The notes below the pieces were generated by a model, which had not been told where the DNA came from, made no database searches, and worked only from the letters and a program-made list of their open reading frames with translations. The position numbers and the translations under genes were made by a program. 64,000 nt of DNA from assembly GCA_963666985.2 (NCBI GenBank), contig CAXXIA010000001.1:1-64000 (forward strand). Direction: 5' to 3'. Below, piece after piece: positions 1 through 10,860 of this stretch. The stretch's first letter is position 1; every line of letters starts with the position of its first letter. Origin of the DNA: Spirochaetia bacterium (lineage in GTDB: Bacteria; Spirochaetota; Spirochaetia; DSM-2461).

Positions 1-244
1 AAGATTCGGTAAGGATGCGAGCCGGGAGATACAGCGCCTCTTCTTCCGATTTATTTTGACTGATGGAACAGAGAACCTCGTTTTGCCGGAAATCGACTTC
101 CCCCTGCAACCCGGTACCGCTTGAACCGGATGCGGCGGAAGATACACGTCCTGAAAGACTTGAAACCCCATTTGTAATATCAGAAAACGATTCACAGGAT
201 AAAAATAAGAGGGTGATTATCAGGATGACGGCTGTTTTTTTCAT
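1..244 (-). CDS. Putative lipoprotein, 5' part (runs off the window start)
   Basis: Read manually; absent from the ORF track. ATG at 244 gives MKKTAVILIITLLFLSCESFSDITNGVSS..., open to position 1. It has a basic N-terminus, a hydrophobic stretch, an LFLS-C lipobox and GGAGG upstream. Confidence 0.75.
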   Translation of the reverse strand, partial: MKKTAVILIITLLFLSCESFSDITNGVSSLSGRVSSAASGSSGTGLQGEVDFRQNEVLCSISQNKSEEEALYLPARILTES

Positions 245-304
245 TTCATAATCCTCCATCTATGGTATAGAGGAATGAATGGCGGTTGATTACACCCGAA
301 AGTA

Positions 305-1056
305 TTAGGTTGTGAACAATTGACTGCGTCTTGTTATATTGAGTTTTGTGTAGATATTCTGCAGGTGCATTTTTACGGTATTGATGGAGATTCCAATGTT
401 GTTTGCAATGTCTTTATTTGATTTGCTTAAGAGAACCTGCTGAACGACTTCCCGCTCTCGAAATGGTGAGCTTATCGAAGTACTCGGCATTATCCGGGAT
501 TCCTGGAGCAATGCAGGCTTTCAGCTTTATAAGCAGAGTCCGCTTTTCAAAGAGCCATCGCAGACGGTTCACCAGATGGGGATAAATTAATCGTAACGAA
601 AGAAGATCATCGTCGCTGAAATCTCCGAGGTTTTTTTCCCGGTGCAGGCAGATGGCTCCGTAGGCCAAGTAATCGTCCTTTAATATCAAAACCCAGAAGA
701 AAATGGATGGAGTTTTCTCTCAGAAAATCGTTATAGTATTCATTTTTGCGAATCCATATGCTGTAATTAAGTAAATCCGTACTTCGGGCAATCAACAGAT
801 CGTTTCGGTTATAAGCATGATGGAATTCATCTAAGTTTATGTAATGCTGTAAGTAATCATTCAGGCAGTTTTGGGGTATATCATATGGAAGAAGTGCATC
901 AAAAGATTGAGAGATGATAGGAGGATAGAGCCAGAAATTTGCCGTATCAAATAATACAATTCTTTGAAGCATTTGAAGAGTCGTGCGGCGAATCTCCAGG
1001 ATATTCTTCGCGGCACCTATTGCCGCTACCAAATCAAGGATTTTTCTTTCATTCAT
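305..1056 (-). pseudogene. LuxR-family (C-terminal HTH) transcriptional regulator split by two +1 frameshifts (pseudogene or sequence error)
   Basis: ORFs 607..1056, 414..689 and 305..511 join into a sensor-like domain followed by ...LTIREREVVQQVLLSKSNKDIANNIGISINTVKMHLQNIYTKL (LuxR HTH). Joining requires removing one A near 680 and one T near 462. Confidence 0.8.
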
Positions 1057-1202
1057 TTTAACTCCAATTTTTAAAATACGGAGTGTATGAATACTATTAC
1101 TTTTTCATGGCGGATAAGTCCAGTGCCGGACCATTTACTTGCGGCAAATAATCCGCTTCAAGATTCGTGAATTTCTTTTTCATTTGTGCTGCGAACACAT
1201 GC

Positions 1203-1235
1203 TACAATCGGTCCGGAAATCAAAACGTTTTGATT
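1203..1235 (+). promoter_or_regulatory. Extended -10 (TG-c-TACAAT) followed by a LacI-type operator palindrome
   Basis: TACAAT at 1203-1208. Perfect 18-bp palindrome AATCAAAACGTTTTGATT at 1218-1235 with the AAACGTTT core typical of LacI/GalR sites. Confidence 0.6.
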
Positions 1236-1257
1236 CAACAGGCGGCGCGGATAACAC

Positions 1258-2748
1258 ATGAAGAAAGAAAGGAGAAAGGGCTTCGTGAATCGGAAGAATA
1301 AGTTAAGTTTCGCAACACGGCTCGGCTACGGCATGGGCGATATCTACGGCGGCGGCAGTACAACACTGATCAACATGTACTATCTCTATTTCCTGGTTGA
1401 TGTTGTGGGCTTAAGTCCGACTCTGGCCGGAACGGCCTTTCTCATCAGTAAAATATGGGATGCGGTGACCGATCCCTTCATGGGACTCATCAGCGACAAT
1501 ACGCGCACGCGCTTCGGCCGGCGCCGTCCTTATTTTTTGGCGGGAATCGGACTGATTTTCATTACGTTCGCCCTGATGTGGATGCCGCCTCATTTCTCGC
1601 GGCAATGGGCGGACTTCGCCTGGTGTCTGGGAGCGTATATTCTCTATTCCACCGTCTATACCATGGTGTGGGTTCCCTATAACTCAATCGCTTCCGAACT
1701 GACCTCGGACTATGACGAGCGAACCAAGCTCGCCTTTTTCCGCATGATCTGCTCCAATCTGGCCGGTATTCTCGCGGCGACCCTGCCGAAAGATCTTTTT
1801 GAAAATGTCCTCTTCCGGGGCGACTCCGGACGTGCTTATACCGCCGTGGGTATCGCGTATGGCCTCTTCTTCGCCTTGCCGTATCTCGTGACGTTTTTTA
1901 CCTGCCGGGAGAACCCTGAGTTCATGGCGCTGCCGAGAAAACGTATCGGCTCGCTGAAGGAATTCGTCGTGGAAAATTTCGTCCGTCCCTTTGAAAACCG
2001 TCCCTTTCGTTTCGTGGTTTTTATGTACCTTTTCGGCTTTATGGCGCAGGACGCGGTTCTGGGAATGGCCGTCTATTTTCTCACCTATGCCCTCGGCATC
2101 GACTCCATGATGACCCTTCTGGTGCCCGTCTACGGAGGACTTCTTCTTTCCCTGGCTCTGGCGTCGAAATTGGGCCGACTGATCGGTAAGCGAAAAACGT
2201 TCCTTCTCGGCGGAGTTATGTGGCTGGCCGCTCTGGCTTTGGTTTTGATGATGCATCCGGGTATGCCCATGGCGATTATGTATGTTTTTGGAATCGCTTT
2301 CGGTATGGGATTGGCCGGCGTGCAGTCCATGGTTTTCGCTATTTTCCCCGATATTCCCGATGCGGACGAACTCATGTCCGGAACCCGACGGGAGGGACTC
2401 TACAGCGGTATTTTCGCTTTGCTGCGAAAGGGCGGAAGCGCTTTTATTCTTTTTCTGATCGGCTTCCTTATCGAACTTTCCGGATATCTGCCGCCTGTGG
2501 AGGGCGTGAAGCAGATTCAGAGCGAGGCTTTTGTACGGAACCTTACCATCGTTTTCGTAGGGCTGCCGGCGATTTGCATCGCTATGGCGCTTTTCGCCGC
2601 CTATCGCTATCCCCTGACTCGGGAGCGGCTTACCCGAATCCGTGAAATGAATGAAGTGCGCCGCCGGGGAGAGAAATTAAATCCGGAGCAGGGTGAGTGG
2701 GAGAAGGAACTTCTTCCGCTCATGGGAGGAAAAAAGCGCGAAGCATAA
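1258..2748 (+). CDS. GPH-family (MelB-like) MFS sugar:cation symporter
   Basis: Motifs GYGMGD and IWDAVTDPFMGLISDNTRTRFGRRRPY, plus DIPDADELMSGTRREG; about 12 TM segments. Confidence 0.9.
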   Translation: MKKERRKGFVNRKNKLSFATRLGYGMGDIYGGGSTTLINMYYLYFLVDVVGLSPTLAGTAFLISKIWDAVTDPFMGLISDNTRTRFGRRRPYFLAGIGLIFITFALMWMPPHFSRQWADFAWCLGAYILYSTVYTMVWVPYNSIASELTSDYDERTKLAFFRMICSNLAGILAATLPKDLFENVLFRGDSGRAYTAVGIAYGLFFALPYLVTFFTCRENPEFMALPRKRIGSLKEFVVENFVRPFENRPFRFVVFMYLFGFMAQDAVLGMAVYFLTYALGIDSMMTLLVPVYGGLLLSLALASKLGRLIGKRKTFLLGGVMWLAALALVLMMHPGMPMAIMYVFGIAFGMGLAGVQSMVFAIFPDIPDADELMSGTRREGLYSGIFALLRKGGSAFILFLIGFLIELSGYLPPVEGVKQIQSEAFVRNLTIVFVGLPAICIAMALFAAYRYPLTRERLTRIREMNEVRRRGEKLNPEQGEWEKELLPLMGGKKREA

Positions 2749-2899
2749 GGCCGAACGGGAACGGCCGGCAGCCTTTTCCACTTACGCCTGCTTGTTACAC
2801 AGTCTTCAAACGATGGCAGAGCTTTTCACTTTCGGAAGCTTGTTTAACCGCCTTCGGGCGATTGTCCCGGGATTGTCCCGAGGCGGATAAATAAGTCTT

Positions 2900-5062
2900 T
2901 CAGGCGTTCTCCATTTCCTTCATCGAAAAGCTTACGCGTTTGCGCTTCACATCCACCTCGATGACTTTCACCCGGACCTTGTCTCCCACCGAGACGATTT
3001 GTGAAGGATCTTTCACATAGCGGTCGGCCATTTGGCTGATATGCACCAGACCGTCCCGATGAGCGCCCACGTCCACGAAGGCACCGAATGCCGTTACATT
3101 GGTGATGATTCCCGGCAGAATCATTCCTTCTTCCACATCCGAGATATCGCGGATGCGCTCGTCGAATGAAAAAATCTCAAAAGTGCCCCGCGGATCGCGT
3201 CCGGGTTTGGTCAGTTCGGCCATGATGTCCCGAAGGGTCGGCAGACCCACCGCAGAGGGATTCCTTGAAGCGGCTTCGGGTGAGTCTTTCGCTTCTTTTG
3301 TAACGTATTTCTCCAATCGCACTTTTTTTCGGAGCTCTTCCGATTTGATAAGATCGGCCACCGACGCATCAAGGTCCGCGGCCATTTGTTCCACCAGAGC
3401 ATAGCGTTCGGGATGTACGGCACCGGCATCCAGGGGATTCTTCGCCCCGGCGATCCGCAGAAATCCCGCCGCCTGTTCAAAAGCCTTGGCGCCCAATCCG
3501 GCAACGTTCAGAAGTTCGCGGCGGCTTGTGAAGGGACCGTTTTTTTCCCGATGTTCCACCACGGATCGGGCGCGTTTCGGTCCCAGACCGGAGACACGGG
3601 AGAGAAGGGCGGCGCTGGCCGTATTCAGTTCCACTCCGACGGAGTTCACCGCGGAAATAACCGTATCGTCCAAAGAGGAGGCAAGAAGAGATGCGTCCAC
3701 ATCGTGCTGATACTGCCCCACGCCGATGGCCGCCGGATCAATCTTTACCAATTCTGCCAGAGGATCCTGAAGCCGCCGGCCAATGGAAACGGCTCCCCGG
3801 ACGGTTAAGTCCAAATCCCCGAATTCCTCCCGGGCCGCTTCCGATGCCGAATAGACGGAGGCCCCCCGCTCATCCACCGGGATAACGGTCGCATCCGGGA
3901 AGGCTTCCCGAACGAATTCTTCGGTCTCCCGGCCCGCCGTGCCGTTTCCCACCGCGAATATATGGGTGCCCACGCGTTCGGCCAGTTCCTTCAGAATGCT
4001 TTTTGCCGCATTTTTTGCACCGGATGAACCTTCGGGATGAATAACGTCGTGTCCCTTCAGGCTGCCTTGAGCGTCCAAAACGGCAACCTTCCCGCCGGTT
4101 CTGAAACCGGGATCTATGGCGACCAGGGGCTTCTGTCCGAGCGGCGGTGCCAGGAGCATCGTTTCCACGTTTCGGGCAAAAACGCGAACCGCTTCCTCAT
4201 CGGCCCGCGCTTTCAGCTCTTTGAGTACATCGGTTTCCAGCGAAGGAGCGGTCAGACGATTCCAGGCGTCTTTCACCGCCTCTCTCACATGTTCCGCATT
4301 TTCTCCGCGGCCCCGGACCAAACGGCGTTCCAGCCATTCGAGAGCACGCACTTCCCTCAGGCGGGCCTGAACTCGCAAATAACCTTCCCGGCCGCCGCGC
4401 AGGACGGCCAGAATACGGTGGGAGGGGATTCGGGCGACGGCCTCTTCGTAATCGAAATAATCCCGGTAGACAGCCGCGCCGTCCTCGTCTTTTTTCTTGG
4501 CGATGACTTTCGATGTGAGAAGGCCTTCCTCGGAGGTGAGGAGGCGCAGGGAGGCGCGGAGGCCTGAATCCTCGTTGAACCGTTCGGCCAGGATGTCCCG
4601 GGCTCCGGCCAGGGCGGCTTGGGGATTATCGAATGGAGTTGTCACGGGACGGCCGTCCTGATTCTTCAGAATCTCTTCGGCCAGGGGGCCGTATCCGGCT
4701 TCCCGGGCCGCATCGGCTCGAGTCCGGCGTCTGGGACGGTAGGGCAGATAGAGATCTTCCAGTTCCGTACGGGTCGCGGCTTTTCGGACGGCGTCTTCCA
4801 GTACGGGCGTCAAAAGATCACGTTCCGCCAAAGATCCCAAAACAGCCTCCCGGCGTTTTTCGAGTTCGCGGCGGGCGGTCAGAGCGTCTCGAAGAGCGAT
4901 AAGAGCCACTTCATCCAGTCCTCCGGTGACTTCCTTTCGATACCGGGCCACAAAGGGAATGGTGGCGCCTTCGTCAAGAAGGGCGGCGGCCGCTTCGGCC
5001 TGCCTGGGGGCGATGTTCAATTCAAGGGCGATGAGGCCGACTATGTCTTTTGTTTCGGGCAT
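2900..5062 (-). CDS. tex: Tex-family transcription accessory protein (YqgF-like, HhH and S1 domains)
   Basis: EGATIPFVARYRKEVTG, AIDPGFRTG, GRRLQDPLAELVKIDP and IGVGQYQHDV motifs; C-terminal S1 domain (NVTAFGAFVDVG). ATG at 5062 preferred over the 5089 start. Confidence 0.95.
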   Translation of the reverse strand: MPETKDIVGLIALELNIAPRQAEAAAALLDEGATIPFVARYRKEVTGGLDEVALIALRDALTARRELEKRREAVLGSLAERDLLTPVLEDAVRKAATRTELEDLYLPYRPRRRTRADAAREAGYGPLAEEILKNQDGRPVTTPFDNPQAALAGARDILAERFNEDSGLRASLRLLTSEEGLLTSKVIAKKKDEDGAAVYRDYFDYEEAVARIPSHRILAVLRGGREGYLRVQARLREVRALEWLERRLVRGRGENAEHVREAVKDAWNRLTAPSLETDVLKELKARADEEAVRVFARNVETMLLAPPLGQKPLVAIDPGFRTGGKVAVLDAQGSLKGHDVIHPEGSSGAKNAAKSILKELAERVGTHIFAVGNGTAGRETEEFVREAFPDATVIPVDERGASVYSASEAAREEFGDLDLTVRGAVSIGRRLQDPLAELVKIDPAAIGVGQYQHDVDASLLASSLDDTVISAVNSVGVELNTASAALLSRVSGLGPKRARSVVEHREKNGPFTSRRELLNVAGLGAKAFEQAAGFLRIAGAKNPLDAGAVHPERYALVEQMAADLDASVADLIKSEELRKKVRLEKYVTKEAKDSPEAASRNPSAVGLPTLRDIMAELTKPGRDPRGTFEIFSFDERIRDISDVEEGMILPGIITNVTAFGAFVDVGAHRDGLVHISQMADRYVKDPSQIVSVGDKVRVKVIEVDVKRKRVSFSMKEMENA

Positions 5063-5294
5063 GAGGCGATGGTATCGCGGAATCGGCAACGGGAAAAGCG
5101 CCGAGAGACAACGGATACCTTTTCATAGCGAGGTTATGTGCTGAATGAAAGCGCTCCAAAATTATTCCGCATCAGTCCGATATACCGGGAACACGGTATT
5201 TTAGGCTGCAGCTCGGCAATTCGATGGTTATTAATTAAGCTCATTGAGGACAACCTGAAATACATAAAAAAAATTATGAATATCAGGTTGATTA

Positions 5295-6032
5295 TCAGCG
5301 GCCGGTGTTGTCCATTTTTAAAACAACTCTGAAAATATCCGGTCTGACGATGGTTTCGGCATATTCGAAAATACCCGATTCGCAGGAAGCAATACGCTCG
5401 AAAAGATTTAATGGGGTGCCTATTTCGACGTTGAGTAATTGAGATTCAAGAAAACCGCATACAACTGCGGAGATTGATTCTTCGCTGGAAAGGTAGTGAA
5501 CATTATAATGTTCTTCGAGAAATTCGTAGAAATGAATAATCTTCATGCTGTGCTGTTCCAGATTTGGGAACAGATCGGTGTTGACATAATTGATCATGTA
5601 AGCAAAAGGGATATTGTTCACCGATTCAATATGCTGAAGCCTGTAAACGTTTGTTCCCGGCTTGATTTTTAATGAATCGGCTATTTTTTGTGTGGCGGCG
5701 ATTTTGTCCACGATTGATCCGGGTGAGCTTGTTTCATGTTCCGAATCAATCAGGAATCTTCCATGGACCTGTTTGACGTTACGGATTTTTCGAAAATCGG
5801 TTTGGTGCTGTGCCTTATAAAGGACTATTGTTCCGCTTCCCCGACGGGAGTCTATTAAGTTGTCATCTTTTAATAAATCGATGGATCGGCGTATGGTTGT
5901 TCTGCTTGATGAGTATATTTCTTCGAGTTTGGCTTCTGTCGGAAGATAGGATCCCGTATCATATTTCCCAGCGAGAATATCATTTTTTATTTGATTGTAA
6001 ACAAAGATGTATTTAGGTGAGTTATCGACCAT
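5295..6032 (-). CDS. GntR-family (HutC/UTRA) transcriptional regulator
   Basis: N-terminal wHTH (LPTEAKLEEIYSSSRTTIRRSI...RRGSGT) and a UTRA-like C-terminal domain; divergent from the ABC operon. Confidence 0.85.
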   Translation of the reverse strand: MVDNSPKYIFVYNQIKNDILAGKYDTGSYLPTEAKLEEIYSSSRTTIRRSIDLLKDDNLIDSRRGSGTIVLYKAQHQTDFRKIRNVKQVHGRFLIDSEHETSSPGSIVDKIAATQKIADSLKIKPGTNVYRLQHIESVNNIPFAYMINYVNTDLFPNLEQHSMKIIHFYEFLEEHYNVHYLSSEESISAVVCGFLESQLLNVEIGTPLNLFERIASCESGIFEYAETIVRPDIFRVVLKMDNTGR

Positions 6033-6430
6033 AGTGTCCTCTATAATACACCTAAACAATCAGATTCTTTTTCATCATATGAAAGGATATATACTACCCG
6101 ATTGATTCATTGTCAATATTTGTTTTGACGAATAGTATTGAATTATTAGTTATTTATTGATGAGTTAATAGATATTTAAAAGATACTAAATATATCGTTT
6201 GTAATTACATCTAGAGATGAGATCATAAAGAGATTTTTTTGTTTGACTGTTTAAATGCATGCAATACAAGTATATAAAATAAATTATATGATCGATGAAA
6301 AAAGCCTTGCTAATATGCTTATCCGTACTGTAATATAACAAATATATCGCAGCTGGATATCTAAAAGATATCTAATATGTATCTTAAGAAAAAATAAAAA
6401 AGATATCAATTAAGTTGCTGAAAGGAGAAA

Positions 6431-7429
6431 ATGCAAATGAAAAAAGTTGGCATTCCGTTCATTTATGCGGCCCTCTGGCTTGTGTTTGCCCTTGTTGCGC
6501 TGGCTGCATGCGGCGATAAGAGGAGCACCGATGAAGACAAAAAGGTTTCGGAAAACAGTAAAAAGGTCTTTGTTGTTGCTCCCAATGCCGGTGATTCCTG
6601 GGGACGTTTGGGAGACGGTGTAATCGCTGCTTGCGAAGAACTCGGTTGGGAGGGGCACTTCAATGCTCCTGTTACAGCCAGTAATGAAGCGAGTATCGAA
6701 ATGGTTGAACTCTGTGAGGTATCAATTGCCACGGGAGCTGATGTTCTGATGGTATTCGTTCAGGACGGAGAGTTGTTTGCGGATGTATTGCAGCGGGCCC
6801 GTGAAGAGGGAATATATCTTGTCGCATTGGCCAAACCTAGCCAAGACTGCGATCTTCGAGTGGGAGCCGATGATGCCGATTTGGGGCACAGTATTGCCGA
6901 AGCTTTGATTAAATCAATGGGTGATACACCTATAAACGTAGTAGAAATGATGACTGATGTTACCAGTTTCGGTCAATTGGGACAGATAAAGCCATTTGAG
7001 GAAAAACTGACTGAATTAGCTCCTAATGCAACTATTGTAGCACGGGATGATTGCGATTCTTCTGCAGATGCCGCTGATAAATTGTCGGCTCTGTATCTCG
7101 CTAATCCTGAACTCAACAGTATGATTACCGTTGCCAGCGAAGCTGTTTCCGGAGCAGCGGCGTTCGTTTCCGATTTTGGAATTCAGGATGAATTTACCAT
7201 AATCGGTTTTGATGATACGGCAGAAGTTCTTCATGCGGTAAAAGATGGTATTCTGGCATGTACCGTTTCAGCTCAGTGGTATGATATCGGCTACACCGCC
7301 GTTAAGGATGTCTATGACATCCTGGTCAATGGAGCTGAGTATGAATGGTCTCAGTCGATACCGGCACGCATTATTTACGCTGAAGATGTGGATACCTACG
7401 CTGATCAGTACGGCATCAATATGAATTAA
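6431..7429 (+). CDS. Sugar ABC transporter substrate-binding lipoprotein (RbsB-like)
   Basis: Lipobox ALAAC, IIGFDD motif, periplasmic-binding-protein size, AAAGGAG RBS. Confidence 0.85.
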   Translation: MQMKKVGIPFIYAALWLVFALVALAACGDKRSTDEDKKVSENSKKVFVVAPNAGDSWGRLGDGVIAACEELGWEGHFNAPVTASNEASIEMVELCEVSIATGADVLMVFVQDGELFADVLQRAREEGIYLVALAKPSQDCDLRVGADDADLGHSIAEALIKSMGDTPINVVEMMTDVTSFGQLGQIKPFEEKLTELAPNATIVARDDCDSSADAADKLSALYLANPELNSMITVASEAVSGAAAFVSDFGIQDEFTIIGFDDTAEVLHAVKDGILACTVSAQWYDIGYTAVKDVYDILVNGAEYEWSQSIPARIIYAEDVDTYADQYGINMN

Positions 7430-7568
7430 AATTTCTGGAATCCGTTACTCGTATAATCAAGCGCGCCAACCCGGAAACGGGGGCGCGTTATGTGTAGACG
7501 GTATTTAATCTTATCTTAAGCGACGGCCTTTAGTGAGTCCCGCAAGAATCCATTATCAAGGATCGAAA

Positions 7569-8549
7569 ATGGTAAATAAGAATTTAAGAGGATCAAGCAA
7601 TTCTTTATTCACGGCAATTCTGTCCAGAAAAGAAACGGGAGCGGCTATTCCTCTTCTGCTTCTTCTCATAATTGTTCTTTTCATTAATCCCGATTTTTAT
7701 GGTACCAGCAACGTTTTTAATATTTTGCGAACAGCGTCTTTTTCGTTCATCGTTGCCGTTCCTATTACATTTTTAATGGCATGCGGGGGCATCGACCTTT
7801 CCCTCGGAGCTGTAATCAGCATTGGAGGCGTGATTTGCGGAAGCGCCATTAAAGCCGGGATTCCCATCGGTTTGTCGATTCTTTTGACATTGGTATGTGG
7901 TCTGGTTATCGGTATTTTTAATGGAATTTCCATCGTGAAGTTTCACCTACCTGGCTTTATAGCCACGTTGGCCATGCAGTATGTGGTTAATGGTGTGAAC
8001 AATGTATGGACGGGAGGTGTAAATATTTCCCATCTTCCTGATGCTTTTAAAGCAATAGGACAATACCGCTTTTTTAATACCATTCCCATTACCATCCTTT
8101 ATGCAGTCATTTTTGGTGTTATTGGTTATGTCGTTTTGAATATGACGAAGTGGGGCCGCAAGGTTTTGGCTGTTGGAGGGAACGTTGAAGCCTCTTATCT
8201 TGCCGGAATTAATGTGAACATTACACAGATTATGGTTTATTCCATTACATCCATGGTGGCGGCTTTTGTCGGCATTCTCTATGGCGCTCGGTTGGGAACA
8301 GTCCAAACTTCTATCGGATTAGGGAGTGAACTTATCATTATTGCGGCGGTGATTGTCGGAGGAACCAGTATGTTCGGGGGGAGTGCGACCATTATCGGCG
8401 CCGCCATTGGCTGTATTCTGCTTGCGGCAATAACCAATGCTTTGGTCATGATCGGTGTATCCGCTTATTGGCAGAGTCTTATTTTTGGAATTATTTTGAT
8501 TGCTGCTTTGTTCATTGATCGATATCGCCAGCGGATTCTGAAGTCCTAG
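7569..8549 (+). CDS. Sugar ABC transporter permease (RbsC-like)
   Basis: GGIDLSLG, FIATLA, GRKVLAVGGN and IAAVIVGGTSMFGG motifs. Confidence 0.9.
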   Translation: MVNKNLRGSSNSLFTAILSRKETGAAIPLLLLLIIVLFINPDFYGTSNVFNILRTASFSFIVAVPITFLMACGGIDLSLGAVISIGGVICGSAIKAGIPIGLSILLTLVCGLVIGIFNGISIVKFHLPGFIATLAMQYVVNGVNNVWTGGVNISHLPDAFKAIGQYRFFNTIPITILYAVIFGVIGYVVLNMTKWGRKVLAVGGNVEASYLAGINVNITQIMVYSITSMVAAFVGILYGARLGTVQTSIGLGSELIIIAAVIVGGTSMFGGSATIIGAAIGCILLAAITNALVMIGVSAYWQSLIFGIILIAALFIDRYRQRILKS

Positions 8550-8565
8550 CGGAAATTGCTGATGG

Positions 8566-10113
8566 ATGAATGTTATGGATGAAGCATTAATTGAATTTCG
8601 AAATGTAACAAAGAGTTTCCCCGGTGTTATTGCCTTGAATGATTTTTCTCTGAGTATAAAAGCAGGAGAGGTTATGGCGATCTGCGGAGAGAATGGTGCC
8701 GGCAAGTCGACACTGATGAGAATACTTAGCGGCAGCTATACTCACCATGAATATCAAGGAGACCTTTTCTTCCAAGGAAAAAAAGTTCGGTTCAACAGTG
8801 TTCGGGACGCGAAAGCTCATGGAATCGAGATGGTTTACCAGGAATTGAATATGGTTCTTACGGCATCCATCGCGGAAAACCTTTTTTTAGATGATATACC
8901 ATCGCATGGTCCCTTTGTCCGTTGGAAAAAGCTATTCGATGAAACAGAGCAAGTATTAAATGAAATCGGACTCGATGTGTCTCCAAGGCAATTGGCGGGT
9001 ACACTAAACAGCGGTCAGCTCCAACTGCTTTCCGTGATGAGGGCCGTTTCGCATAATCCGCATGTTATTGTTCTTGATGAACCGACAAGCTCTCTAACGG
9101 ACAATGAGGCGGAAATTCTTTTTTCAAAAATCGAAGAACTCCGAGCCTCCGGAACGGCCGTGCTTTTTATTTCTCATAAGCTGGAAGAAGTGTTTCGGAT
9201 TGCCGATCAGGTAACAGTGCTTCGAGATGGAATGTTTATTTCCGTGGATTCCGGCGATTCCATTACTTACGATCAATTAGTGGAGAGAATGGTCGGCAGG
9301 CAGCTTGAAAATCAATATCCCAAGCAGAAAGCGGAAATTGGGGATGAAGTTTTTCGAGTTGAAAAACTTACGGTTCCCAATCCAAGTGTGAAAGGGAAAA
9401 ATATTGTCGAAAATATTGGATTTTCTGTTCGTAAAGGGGAAATTCTCGGTCTTGGCGGTCTTGTCGGAGCAGGACGAAGCGAGGCTCTGGGAGGTATCTT
9501 CGGCCAGTATGGAAAGGGCATTCAAAAGGAAATCTTTATCGAGGGGAAACAGGTTTTCATTGGGAATCCACGTCAGGCGAAGAAAAATGGTATCGGATTT
9601 GTAACCGAAGAACGGCGCCTAACAGGGTTTATTCCGAATTTTTCAATTTGCCGGAATCTTACTTTGTGCATCCTTAACAGTCTCCCAAAGGGGCCGTTCA
9701 TCTATAAACAAAACGAACATAGCATTGCTGAGAGAATGTTCAACCGATTGAAAATCAAAGCTCCTTCGATGAGTACGCCGATAACTAGTCTTTCCGGAGG
9801 AAATCAGCAGAAAGTTGTTCTTGGAAAGTGGCTTCTTGAAGATACCAAGGTTCTATTTATCGATGAGCCGACAAAAGGAATCGATGTTCAGGCAAAATCC
9901 GAAATTTACCGATTACTGAGTGAATTGGCAGCCCATGGTGTAGGTATAGTCATGGTTTCGTCTGAAATGCCTGAGTTAATCGCCATGAGTGATCGAAGTA
10001 TCGTACTGAGTAACGGGCGCATTACAGGAGAATTTATTGGAGAAGATATTACTCAGGAAAATCTTATGCGTGCGGCAATAAAGGGATATAGTGACACATC
10101 AGACAATTCATAA
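8566..10113 (+). CDS. Sugar ABC transporter ATP-binding protein (double ATPase, RbsA-like)
   Basis: GENGAGKST, LDEPTSSL, LSGGNQQKVVLGKWL and DEPTKGIDV motifs. Confidence 0.93.
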   Translation: MNVMDEALIEFRNVTKSFPGVIALNDFSLSIKAGEVMAICGENGAGKSTLMRILSGSYTHHEYQGDLFFQGKKVRFNSVRDAKAHGIEMVYQELNMVLTASIAENLFLDDIPSHGPFVRWKKLFDETEQVLNEIGLDVSPRQLAGTLNSGQLQLLSVMRAVSHNPHVIVLDEPTSSLTDNEAEILFSKIEELRASGTAVLFISHKLEEVFRIADQVTVLRDGMFISVDSGDSITYDQLVERMVGRQLENQYPKQKAEIGDEVFRVEKLTVPNPSVKGKNIVENIGFSVRKGEILGLGGLVGAGRSEALGGIFGQYGKGIQKEIFIEGKQVFIGNPRQAKKNGIGFVTEERRLTGFIPNFSICRNLTLCILNSLPKGPFIYKQNEHSIAERMFNRLKIKAPSMSTPITSLSGGNQQKVVLGKWLLEDTKVLFIDEPTKGIDVQAKSEIYRLLSELAAHGVGIVMVSSEMPELIAMSDRSIVLSNGRITGEFIGEDITQENLMRAAIKGYSDTSDNS

Positions 10114-10792
10114 TGACTTCAATTCCCTGCGGGATGCCTGGGGTAGACGAGTTTTTATCTATCTAGCCGGATTATTAACATTAGCGATTGGAGTTTCCCT
10201 TTCTACTGTTACCGGCTTGGGAATCTCCCCTCTTAATGTATTGGCCTATGTAATCAGTCACATATTCGAAATAAAGATGGGTTACGCCACTATGGCGATA
10301 TTTGCAGTTTATATCGTGATAGAAATGGCTGTAAAAGGAAAGCATTTTCGACCTTTCGATTTGCTTCAGTTCGTTTGTGCGATTCTTTTTGGTTATTTTG
10401 TAAACTGGACGAAAGCTTTGATTTCAGATATTGCCTTGAGTAGTTATTTAATGAAATTAATTTGTACTGGAATCAGTACTTTCTTCATTGCTCTCGGAAC
10501 CACTTTATATGTTTCGGCGAAAATTGTACCTCAGGCTCCTGAAGGTTTAATAATGGCTATCTGTGACCGGTGGAATGGAAAATTCGCCAATGTGAAACTG
10601 GCTTTCGATGTAGTAAGCGTTTCTATCTCGGCGGCTGTTGCGCTTGTTTTTACCGGATCAATAATCGGAATCCGGGAAGGCACATTGATTATGGCCGTTT
10701 TTGTTGGTGTTGTCGTGAAAATCCTTGAAAGGAGATTCAGACCAATGGTGGAAAGTTTTTGCCTCGGCTTTCATCCGGTCACTCCAGGATAA
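10091..10792 (+). CDS. YczE/YyaS-like membrane protein
   Basis: Multi-TM protein with GLGISP, PEGL and GIREGT motifs. Confidence 0.7.
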   Translation: MTHQTIHNDFNSLRDAWGRRVFIYLAGLLTLAIGVSLSTVTGLGISPLNVLAYVISHIFEIKMGYATMAIFAVYIVIEMAVKGKHFRPFDLLQFVCAILFGYFVNWTKALISDIALSSYLMKLICTGISTFFIALGTTLYVSAKIVPQAPEGLIMAICDRWNGKFANVKLAFDVVSVSISAAVALVFTGSIIGIREGTLIMAVFVGVVVKILERRFRPMVESFCLGFHPVTPG

Positions 10793-10860
10793 TGCCTTAG
10801 TTCGATATCGTATGTTTTTTTGAGTAATGTGGGAAAGCCTTTAATACAATTGGAGAGTTA

